Below the pieces are notes generated by a model, which was given only the letters and a program-made list of their open reading frames with translations, was not told the origin of the DNA and made no database searches. Below are positions 54,301 through 64,000 of a stretch of DNA of 64,000 bases, piece by piece. Made by a program: the position numbers and the translations under genes. The stretch spans positions 189,784,001-189,848,000 of the forward strand of contig NC_058368.1 of the NCBI RefSeq assembly GCF_018350175.1. The letters run 5' to 3'. The stretch comes from Felis catus (lineage: Eukaryota). Numbering within the stretch: position 1 is the first letter of the stretch; each line of letters begins with the position of its first letter.

Positions 54301-54981
54301 GAGCTGTAGTGTTGGTAAGAGCGGAGAAACTTGGCCTTGGTAGGAGTTAGTTCATGGTGAGTAAGGATATATGTGAATATGTGCATCTGTAATGAGGTAA
54401 AAAAATGAGAAATGTTTATGCCTGCTGATAGTTGCCTACAGTAAATGTGCATTAAAAAGAAATACCAGGTACACATGTATAAGAAACTGATTTGTTCCTT
54501 GTATTACTGCTGGCCATTTATTAAGAAGGGGAGATGGTTCTAGTTTAATTAACCCAGTTGAGTGTAGCAGATGGGGCAGAATGTCTTGCAGCGATAAGAC
54601 AATTCAGAAATGGCACCAGATGTTGGAAGCTGTCCCCGGTGGTATTTGAGTGCAGCCCAGATGTTCCAGTCCCACCTGGCTAGTTTCTAAGCACTGCAGG
54701 CTAAGCAGCTGTGATGTAACCTATATAATGTTCGCATAACACTAAAAGCACCATAATTGAACTGCCGCTCTAAACTTCTAAGGTTGTGACTCTTAAGAGG
54801 TGAAATCTTTAAGGACAAAGAAAAATAAGGACAGGTATTTAAGGTTTTAGATCCTTTGGCTATTGCTATTCCATTGATAACTGAATTGACAGAAGTGGAA
54901 TATTAAAATTGAGTGTAATATTACTGTTCAATTTGTAGGTGAAAGTAAATATTTGTAACCACATAGTGTTTACAAATTAAA

Positions 54982-55208
54982 TTTTTTTTTTAATTTTTTT
55001 AACATTTATTCATTTTTGAGAGACAGAGAGAGACAGAGTGTGAGTTGGGGAGGGGCAGAGAGAGAGAGGGAGACACAGAATCCGAAGCATGCTCCGGGCT
55101 CTGAGCGGTCAGCACAGAGCCAGACGCGGGGCTCGAACTCAGGGACTGCGAGATCATGACCTGAGCCGAAGTCAGACGCTCAACTGACTTGAGCCACCCA
55201 GGCACCCC
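54982..55208 (-). mobile_element. CanSINE
   Basis: SINE body; near-TSD ACAAATTAAATTTTT / ACAAATAAAAATTTTT. Confidence 0.95.
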
Positions 55209-55294
55209 ACAAATAAAAATTTTTATCAGAATGTGATGTTATGCACACAGAGATTGATTTGCAGCCTTTGGATCTCATTTCAAACCTACAGAAA

Positions 55295-56045
55295 ATTTGC
55301 CACATTTTCTTTATCTCTCTCTAGATCTTTTGTTTTTAATTTGCTGTATACCATTTGTTTATTGTGTACCATTTGAGAGAAAATTGGAAATACCAGGACA
55401 GTCTGCCCCCAGGATACTTCAGCATATAACTTCTTACAACAAGGACATTCTTCTTTATAATAATTACAATACAGTTATCATACTTGGGAAGTTTAACATT
55501 TAAACAGTATTGTCTAGTATACAGACCATATTCAAATTTTCCTGATGTCTCAATTATGTCACTTCAGGATAGCACTTTTTAAAAAATCCATAATCCAATC
55601 AGGGATCATGCATTTCATGTACTTGTCATGTTTCCTTAGACTCCTTTAATCTCTAGTAGTCCCAGCCTTTTTTTGTCTTTTATGATGTTGACATTTTCTG
55701 AAGAATCTAGAGAGTTGTTTTGCAAGATGTCACTCACTTTGTAATTTGTCTGATTCATTCCTTATGATTAGATTCAGGTTAAATATTTTTGGTGGGAATT
55801 CTTAACACAGGTGATGATCTCCTTTTGAGTTCCTTGCATTAGAGAGCCCATGAATACTATTTTATCTGATTACTAGTGACATTAAATTTAATCAGTTGTT
55901 TAGGATGATATCCATTCAGTTTGTCCAGTGTAAAAGTAGTTTCATTCCTTTGTATTTACCGAGTAGTCTGTGGGATGATGTTTAGCGATTATGTATCTTA
56001 TTCCCTAGCAACATTTTACCCAGGTTTTAGCATCCACTGAAGATT
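55295..56045 (-). mobile_element. Old L1 3' region (L1MC-like; similar to the copy at 18.3-19.4 kb)
   Basis: aacaaggacattcttc...aagtttaacatt...ccatattcaaattt...ccttatgattagattcaggttaaatatttttgg. Confidence 0.7.
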
Positions 56046-56143
56046 CTTACAAAGAGCATAATTGACTGGATAAACCACAGGTCCACACTATGTTCAGGCA
56101 ATGTAAGTGAGGGATAACTTTAATCACAAATGTGGTGTCAATA

Positions 56144-56168
56144 GTGCTCGCTTCGGCAGCACATATAC
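56144..56168 (+). pseudogene. 5' fragment (25 nt) of U6 snRNA, tailless retrocopy
   Basis: GTGCTCGCTTCGGCAGCACATATAC equals U6 nt 1-25; flanked by imperfect direct repeats AAATGTGGTGTCAAT and AAATGTGTCAAT. Confidence 0.9.
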
Positions 56169-56399
56169 AAATGTGTCAATTACTTACAAGATAAAGAACT
56201 GAGGAATGTAAGAGTTTGTGGTAGTTTAAAAGGAACATGGTGACATGAAAACCTAGATCTACAAACTAGCTTTTCTAATGGCTCTGGAGCCTCTAATATT
56301 GGGTAGTTTTTAAGTGTGGTGCTAAAATGGCTTCCTGAAATTGCTGTCAGTGGTTCTGTGGTTTTATCAGTTTAACGTTTCTTCATGCTTAATTTCTAG

Positions 56400-56474
56400 G
56401 AGGATCAGCTGATTTATTTGGAGGATTTGCTGATTTTGGCTCAGCTGCTGCATCAGGCAGTTTCCCCTCCCAAG
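56400..56474 (+). CDS. CLINT1: CLINT1 coding exon 9 (GGSADLFGGFADFGSAAASGSFPSQ)
   Basis: Acceptor ttaatttctag|G; donor AAG|GTATGA; 75 nt; acidic-Phe motif FGGFADF of the gamma-adaptin-ear-binding type. Confidence 0.96.
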
Positions 56475-59009
56475 GTATGATACAATTTGGTCAGAAATCT
56501 AGGGGTTATCAAAACCAAATAACTCCCTTCCCCACCAGATCAGCTTCATTTTGGTATTTTACTCCTTGTAATATTTATCATTCCTAAATCCTAAAGGATT
56601 TATTCACAAAAGTATTTTACTGGGTCAATGTCTTAATGTGCCAAATGGATTAATGTGGTTGTAAACAACTCATGCAGGCACACCTAAATAAAATTGCCCT
56701 TATTCATAAGTGACTCGTTTAGTTTTGGGGGGCGGGGCAGTTTGGGTGGGGAGTGTGAATAAGTGTAAATAATCTCAGTGGGATGAATATTATGGTTTAT
56801 GTTTAGCTTATATGTTATGATCCCAAGGATGGGATTAGGCAGACTATCTTAGTAAAATTTATTTCTTTGTGATTTAAATATATTAAGAGGATTTCAGTAA
56901 AAAAATAAACTTCATTTTGACACATCCTTAAATAGTGAGCAATTGGACCTCAGGCAAAACTTCTCTTCATGTCAAATTAGAAATTTTTAAAATGCCCTAG
57001 ACTTATCGTAGTGGTCATTTTGCAGTATATTCAGATATCAAATCTTTATGTTGTATACCTGTAACTAACAACGTAGGTTTAAACATCAGGGATTGAAATG
57101 AAGCGCTTGTCTTTTTTTTCCCTTTCTTCGTTACTATTTTTTACCTTACTGTCCCTGCCATATACTATGGTAGCTGTTTAACTTTGGAAAAGCTTCTGAG
57201 CCTCCCAACTTTAGAATCAGGAACATCACTTGACATGGTTCTTTATAAGAACAGAGTAATGTCTATAAAAGTGTATAGAAAGGGACTAAGTTCATTAAGT
57301 GTCCTTTCTTCTTTAAGTTATAAAGGAGTTGGCTGTAAGGTTTTTTTGTATAAAATCTTATCAGTCTGAAGTTTGAGAGAGAGTATGGAAATTTAGTTAT
57401 AACTTTTAAACATGAAGTGAGGCAGGGAGAAAAATGTGTAATTTAGCTGAATGAGCCTTACTCATTTCAGGTACAGTAACCATTCGATTAATGGAATTAA
57501 AATTTATATTTACTAATGCCTGATTGAGGTTTGTGAGGATTTAGGAAGAAAGATGCATAGGTTTTAATCATCTGGGGTTTTGATAGCCTACTTGTGTAAA
57601 TTCTGAGTATTTCCCAGAAACCAGAATTGTGGAGTAATTAACTTCATTTCAAAAGCGTGGTTATGCCCTCTAAGGGTTAATAACTTACTTTAGGCAAGTC
57701 AAGTGGAAGATAAACATTGCCCTAATTTTACAGACTGTGTAATTCTCAAAAGTTTTTATGTATATAAACTTGCCTACTATGCAAATAATTCGAATATGTT
57801 AATGTTGCTAAGTGATACATCTCTTCATCTGTATGCATGTGATTAATATAACCTGATCACCATTACGCAAGGGGCTGAAACTGTTGCAACAATGATTAAT
57901 CATTTCTGAACAATATATGCCCTACTAGAAATCTCTTCTTCCTATGATTAATCATCTCAGATAAAGTTTTCGGATGGGGCAACACATTTTGCCCCAGTTT
58001 CCATTCTTACTCTGTTTTATAGATCAAGCAAATAGAAAATCAGCATAAAGTACCTTTATCCAGCAGTCTTTCTTAAATTAGTTTAAATTGTTTAATATAT
58101 AGAACTAATTGTAAAACTCTTAATTCAGTCTCTTTTTTGTAAAGAAGATCAAAGACATGTTTTCTAGTAAAACCCTGAGGTAATGAAGATTAGCCCAGTT
58201 CTTGTATTAAATTGTTGGTAGAGTGTGGATTTTCTAAGTGACTTATTTTCTTTTGAAGGGGCTTACATTTTAATATGGTAATAGAAGAAAATAATTTTAA
58301 AGACTTAATGTTATTGTTCTCTTTAGATATTTAGCATAGTGAGAGACAGTATTGCAATGGCTGGTTACCTTTAGGCTAGACAAAATGTATTTCCAAGTTG
58401 TAAGTGAACATGGAGTACAGAGTGACGGTGTTTTTCACTTGGCAGTATATACTGTTCTCTTTCAGATGACAGTTTATGTGTAGCTCTGTCTTCACCTTTG
58501 CTTTTTCAACTTCCATTAATTCTTATTTACTTGTCCCTTTCTTAAGGAAAGGTTTATTTACTTAGAATCATGCATAGTCTACTTAAAAAAGAACATTTTT
58601 AAGTATCAATTGCCTTTATATTTATTGTGTTCCAAATAGTAGATGTATTGCAGAATTTATAGAAGCATGACTTACACTTTTTTCTGGCATACCTAAACGA
58701 AAGAGATTGCGGTACCTTTGGTCCTCCCCTGTGTTTTCACAATTAATCCATAGTATAACAGTAACAAACTATAAATGGCACTTACTGTATATTATATTAT
58801 TTAATCTTTACAACTTAGATTTTTTTACAAAGTGAGACACAGAGGGTTATGTAACTTGCCCAGGGTCACTTAGCTAGTAAGGTACAAAATCCATGCTGTT
58901 AAGCATTGTAGTCCATCCGTCAATTAACCTCTTAACAACTTTTCCATTATTGAATGCATTAAATCTTAAACTTGTTGTAATTATCTTTGTAGTATTGAGG
59001 GTTTTTCCC

Positions 59010-59225
59010 TTTTTTTTTTTTTTTTTTTAATGTTTATTTATTTTTGAGAGACAGAGACAGAACATGAGCTGAGCAGGGGAGGGGGGGGAGACACAGAATC
59101 CGAAACAGGCTCCAGGCTCCGAGGTGTCAGCACAGAGCCCAACACGGGGCTTGAACTTAGGAATCGTGAGATCATGACCTGAGCCGAAGTCAGACTCCCA
59201 ACCGACTAAGCCACCCAGACGCCCC
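59010..59225 (-). mobile_element. CanSINE
   Basis: Long T-run, SINE body, TSD TTCCCTTT. Confidence 0.95.
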
Positions 59226-59303
59226 TTCCCTTTGTTTTAAATATTAGCATTGAGTTCCCCTCTTAAGACTATACCCTGCTTTTTATTTAAATAAATAAAT
59301 TGA

Positions 59304-59500
59304 GGGGTGCCTGGATGGCTTAGCTGGTTAAGCGTCTGACTTTTGGTTTCAGCTCAGGTCATGATCTCACAGTTGGTGAGTTTGAGCCCCGCATCAGGCT
59401 CCACTCTGATAGCATGGAACCTGCATGGGATTCTTTCTCTCCCTCGCTCTCTGCCCCTCCCCTGCTTGCTCTATCTCAAAATAAATAAACTTAAAAAATT
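59304..59500 (+). mobile_element. CanSINE (older type)
   Basis: GGGGTGCCTGGATGGCTTAG start; AAATAAATAAACTTAAAAAA tail. Confidence 0.94.
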
Positions 59501-60239
59501 TTTAAATAAATGGATAGACTAGATTAGATAGGTAGGTAGATGAAAGAGAGAGAGAGAATGGTCCCACTGGAAGCAAGCACTGTGCTAGGGTTATACCGTG
59601 GCTATCTATAGCCCTTGTGTTGTCAATGGAAGCATGGCCGAAAGAGTGAGAACTTGTTGCAGAAATTTACTAACTCTACTCTTAATTTTACTGAGTCCTT
59701 TTCTCTGTGCTTTTTTTTTCATTTTTTTATAAATTTAATGTCATGAATTTGGGTTTTTATTTACTTGAGACCATGTAAGTCATAGTTTGATTTCTCTTTG
59801 AACCTTTCCAAGTAATGAATGGGTGAAATGAGTTGAATTCTCTAATTTTGTTGAGTGTCTCTTCACATGAGGATTCTCGATCTCCCCAAAAAAACTTTTA
59901 CCAGGTAAGTTTTCTTTTTCCTTTTCATATTTGTTGAGCTGGCAGCATATTTAATATGCAAACTCAGGTTGAAGAAACTTTTGATTGTAATCTCTGCGTA
60001 TCACCCCAGACCTGCTGTGAGGTGAATTTTACTTTATATGTGGATTTTTTTTCCTTTGCCACCTTGTTAACATTTGTGGAATATTCGTGAGAAAAAATAA
60101 TGTCCAGATGGAGATGGTATATGCAGATGTTAATCTGGGTGGACACAGATCGGCTCTAATTTGTTTCAGTTCGTAGACTGTTCTATTTGTTCTGTGCATT
60201 TTAGAAAGTTTCTTACCCCTGTTGTCCTTTCTTTCTCAG

Positions 60240-60532
60240 TTACAGCAACAAGTGGGAATGGAGACTTTGGTGACTGGAGTGCCTTCAATCAAGCCCCATC
60301 AGGTCCTGTTGCCTCCAGCGGTGAGCTCTTTGGCAATGCCTCACAGCCAGCTGTGGAACTTGTCAGTGGCTCACAATCAGCTTTAGGCCCGCCTCCAGCT
60401 GCCTCAAATTCTTCAGACCTGTTTGATCTTATGGGCTCGTCCCAGGCAACCATGACATCTTCCCAGAGTATGAATTTCTCCATGATGAGCACTAATACTG
60501 TAGGCCTGGGGTTGCCCATGTCAAGATCACAG
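60240..60532 (+). CDS. CLINT1: CLINT1 coding exon 10 (VTATSGNGDFGDWSAFNQAP...GLGLPMSRSQ)
   Basis: Acceptor cctttctttctcag|T; donor CAG|GTAAGT; 293 nt; DFGDW and DLFDL motifs. Confidence 0.97.
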
Positions 60533-62109
60533 GTAAGTTGTCTGTGTCCCTTGCAGATTCCTCATCTTTGAGATTCCGTAACTGATGTAATGATAAACTA
60601 ACATGAAATAGAAAAATAAACCATACATAGGTTGTTTTGGCACATTGCATTTACCTTACATTTTTTTCCCCTACTATAGTCATTCAGGTTCTAGAGGGCA
60701 AGGCCTCTCACCCATCTTGTAGGCCATGCAAAGCGAAGCATGATGCCTTACACAGAGGAGTCACTTCATAAAAATTTATTGAATTAATAAATAATTTTGT
60801 ATTTAATAGTTTAATAAAAACTGTTTTTAAGAAGGAATAGAGCTATTGCTTCACCCGTGGCCTATATTCACTCAGTAAAATCTCTGATCCTTAAAGAGGT
60901 GTCACTCAATGGTTATAGGCAATCGTTACTAATATAGAAAATCAGTCTCTAAAATGACGAATACTCTTCCCTATTTTGGGCCTGTTCTACATTATGTAAT
61001 CTTTATATGGCTCTTCTTTCAACTCTCATTTTCATACAGGAAAACCACTAAATGGGAATTTTTTAATTCACTTTTTTACAGTTAAATCTAAATTACCTAG
61101 TATTAATTTGGAATTCAGACAAACACAGGGTTAGAATATATGTGCCTGAGTTATACCAGGAGCTTGCTGTTTTTGATTCGAGCAATTCTGAATATTTTTT
61201 ATGATACTAATTACTCATTTTAATATGTAGATTCTCCTCTTTGGGTGTTGGGATGGAGGAAGAGAAGAAAGAAACAGAAAGGTGACTGTTGTGCATAACA
61301 AGTTGGACCTAATATTAAGAAAAGGACATGAAGGGCACACCAGTACCATTAAATTGAATGGTGCACCACTAAATAAGCCCAAGCCAGTTGCTTCTTTGAG
61401 AGTCTTTCATGTGGTCTAAGTGTAAAGCCAGTCTACTTACTTGCAGTCGTAATTGCAACTGTGTTGTAATTCTTTGCATTGGTACATTTTAAATTATTTT
61501 TCCTATTCCTTTTCATTTCCCTTCGTCTGCCCTTTTCATAGTTATCCTTAGTAACTACCAGGCATCCCTGCTTCTTTCTCCTGAATTTCGCCTTTCTCCC
61601 GAACTGGTCCACATATATCAAGTTCCGCTAGTGTTGCTCACTTTAGGCGATAGAAGTGTACATGGAGCAGGAACATGTCAGTCAAGATTTGTGCAATATA
61701 ATTTGCCGCTTTGATGGTTTTGCTTTTTATAACATGAGAAATCATGTCCTATATTCTATCTTGTAAGAATAAATTTCCACTTGTATATTTCCTTAAAGCT
61801 GTACTACCTGAAGTTGACAATGGCCCTGGGATGGTGGCTTCTAGACTTTGGGTGATGGGAGGGTAATTGTTCATGTAAATATGTTGGGTTTTTTTTTTCA
61901 CCCCAAACATGATTGGGCATTCAGAGGAACATTCTGGGGAAGCTAGTGATTCAGCTTGAAGAATTTAGCCTAGAACATTTGTGGTTCTTTTGGTTTCAGG
62001 AGTTTATTACTAAGTCTCATGTATATCTGGAGTTACTGTGATTAAATTGCCATTTGATAACCTTTATTGAGCAAATGTTTAATTTTTAGAGCATTTTTTT
62101 ATTTTCCAG

Positions 62110-62314
62110 CCTTTGCAAAATGTTAGCACAGTGCTGCAGAAGCCTAATCCTCTCTATAATCAGAATACAGATATGGTCCAGAAGTCAGTCAGCAAAACCC
62201 TGCCCTCTACTTGGTCTGACCCCAGTGTGAACATCAGCCTAGACAACTTACTACCCGGTATGCAGCCTTCCAAACCCCAGCAGCCATCACTCAATACAAT
62301 GATTCAACAGCAGA
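62110..62314 (+). CDS. CLINT1: CLINT1 coding exon 11, long form (PLQNVSTVLQKPNPLYNQNTDMVQKSVSKTLPSTWSDPSVNISLDNL...MIQQQ); short form starts at 62164
   Basis: Acceptor ttttttattttccag|C at 62110; second in-frame acceptor ctctataatcag|A at 62164; donor AGA|GTAAGT. Confidence 0.93.
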
Positions 62315-62793
62315 GTAAGTTACCATGAGACACCTTGCTTCTTTGTGCACTTGTAATCTTTACCCTTGTGCCAAGACTAGTGTAAGCCATGAAATAAAAA
62401 TACATGATATTGATTGTACTAAAGGCAACTGTGTATCGCTTAGGATTCCCCCCCCCCCCCATACTTGATTGATGTACACCCTGGCATATTCAGATTACTT
62501 TGTATCCTGCTCTTGGCATGATAACATGATTGTGTATGTATTATGGTGAGTTTTGGGAGTCTGATCACTAAAATAAAAATATTTGTTGTAGAAAATGTTT
62601 TAAATATAACTAAATATGACCAGAAACAAAAATCATCTCACCTCCGTAATCCAGGGATAATCGCTATTAATTCGTATTTTCTATCTTTTCTAACCATATT
62701 TTTAATACTCGAAATCACTCTATGTGTATTGTTTTGTTTCTTGCAGCTGTCATTCAGCATTAAATTATCATTTTCCTGTATTTAATATTTTTT

Positions 62794-63011
62794 TTTAATT
62801 TTTTTTTTCAACGTTTATTTATTTTTGGGACAGAGAGAGACAGAGCATGAACGGGGGAGGGGCAGAGAGAGAGGGAGACACAGAATCGGAAACAGGCTCC
62901 AGGCTCCGAGCCATCAGCCCAGAGCCTGACGCGGGGCTCAAACTCACGGACCGTGAGATCGTGACCTGGCTGAAGTCGGACGCTTAACCGACTGCGCCAC
63001 CCAGGCGCCCC
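62794..63011 (-). mobile_element. Young CanSINE
   Basis: TSD TGTATTTAATATTTTTT (62777-62793 / 63014-63030); CpGs retained. Confidence 0.97.
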
Positions 63012-63547
63012 CATGTATTTAATATTTTTTAAAAAAATGATTTTTAGATATTTATAGTTATGTGTCATACCAGTGTTGAATTTCTTTATTGTTGGTTATT
63101 TCTGTTGTTCCCGGCTTTTTGCTATTGTAAATAACTCCATGATTTTATCTAAATCTTTGTGCTTGTGTTTTTCTTCCTTAGTGTAATGTTCTAAAAATAG
63201 AGTGAGTCAAAGGGTATAAACTTTTTTAAGGCTTTTGATACACAACAGCTCCTGACAACTTGTTAGGTCAGGTTGGATTCAACACTAAATTCTGTCAGAA
63301 TGATATCAAAGTGCCTCGTGTTTTCCCCCAGCCCACTCTTAACTGTTTCTGCATCTTTGGGAAACCAGAGTTAACAGCCACAGAGTATTTTTCTAGAGCA
63401 AATAGTGCAAGTTAATTGACTTACCTTGTAAAATCACCATAACAGAATTTTATTAGGAGTTACAAGTGTTGATGGTCAAGAAGATTGTTTTATTCTTCTG
63501 CTTGATGAATCTAATGTGAAGTTCTTTTGTCTCTTTTCTTCTGGTAG

Positions 63548-63894
63548 ATATGCAACAACCTATGAATGTGATGACTCAAAGTTTTGGAGCTGTGAACCTC
63601 AGTTCTCCATCAAACATACTTCCTGTCCGGCCCCAAACTAACCCTTTGATGGGGGGACCCATGCCTATGAGCATGCCTGGTGTGATGACTGGCACGATGG
63701 GAATGGCCCCTCTTGGAAATACTCCAATGATGAACCAGAGTATGATGGGCATGAGCATGAACATAGGGATGTCAACTGCTGGGATGGGCCTGACAGGCAC
63801 AATGGGAATGGGCATGCCCAACTTAGCCATGACCTCTGGAACTGTGCAACCCAAGCAAGATGCCTTTGCAAATTTCGCCAACTTTAGCAAATGA
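63548..63894 (+). CDS. CLINT1: CLINT1 coding exon 12, methionine-rich C-terminus and stop
   Basis: Acceptor ctcttttcttctggtag|A; NMQQPMNVMTQSFG...DAFANFANFSK-TGA; agrees with ORF track 63550..63894. Confidence 0.98.
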
Positions 63895-64000
63895 GAGATT
63901 GTAAAGGAGCAGATTGAATGAAGGATTTTTAGTGGTGAAGATAGGTGATGTTGGGATGGAAAATGCTAATCAACTCCCCTTTCTTTTATCAATTAATTAA
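63895..64000 (+). other. CLINT1: Start of CLINT1 3' UTR (continues beyond the window)
   Basis: Directly follows the stop codon; no AATAAA before the window edge. Confidence 0.85.

Larger units (their letters stand above)
6166..63894 (+). other. CLINT1: CLINT1 gene span, start codon to stop codon (12 coding exons; ENTH-domain clathrin/AP-1 adaptor epsinR)
   Basis: Spliced translation begins MLNMWKVRELVDKATNVVMNYSEIESKVREATNDDPWGPSG (ENTH domain) and ends in the Met-rich tail ...QPKQDAFANFANFSK. All introns are GT-AG with consistent phases. Exon lengths 41+105+97+109+165+178+247+70+75+293+205+347=1932 nt. Confidence 0.99.

Noticed and set aside
55812..55869. GTGATGA...CTGA resembling a C/D box snoRNA
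   Set aside because: Lies inside an old L1 fragment, with no terminal stem or recognisable guide sequence.
60101..60145. Possible hairpin TGTCCAGAT...ATCTGGGTGGACA upstream of exon 10 as a miRNA or snoRNA
   Set aside because: Stem is short and interrupted, with no convincing C/D or H/ACA boxes.
5339..63068. Recurrent ORFs such as MAQSVKRPTSAQVMIS... and ...GAPGWRSRLSVRL...
   Set aside because: Translations of CanSINE copies, not genes.
63576..63890. Antisense ORFs over exon 12 (also over exons 7 and 10)
   Set aside because: Shadow ORFs on the opposite strand of real coding sequence.
1..64000. CRISPR arrays, operons, tRNA/rRNA genes or foreign inserts
   Set aside because: None seen. The sequence is consistently mammalian, and the tRNA-like A/B boxes belong to SINE heads.

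Overview
Mammalian genomic DNA, most likely from a felid (feline-type CanSINE/SINEC tRNA-derived SINEs and a carnivore L1 3' end). The window holds the complete coding region of CLINT1 (clathrin interactor 1 / epsinR / enthoprotin) on the + strand: a CpG-island promoter at about 5.9-6.4 kb and 12 GT-AG coding exons from ATG 6166 to TGA 63894. The exon lengths sum to 1932 nt (643 aa), or 1878 nt (625 aa) with the downstream acceptor of exon 11. The 3' UTR runs off the right edge. The rest is intergenic or intronic sequence with about 20 CanSINEs, L1/L2/MIR fragments, ERVL-type LTRs and DNA-transposon relics. I cannot support a new biological system here. The best leads are: a candidate unannotated exon in intron 10, a tailless 25-nt U6 retrocopy, an L1 stitched from three non-contiguous pieces, a mirrored AT palindrome inside a SINE tail, and two motif-dense candidate intronic enhancers. 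Repeat family names come from recalled consensus sequences, and boundaries of old repeats are approximate.
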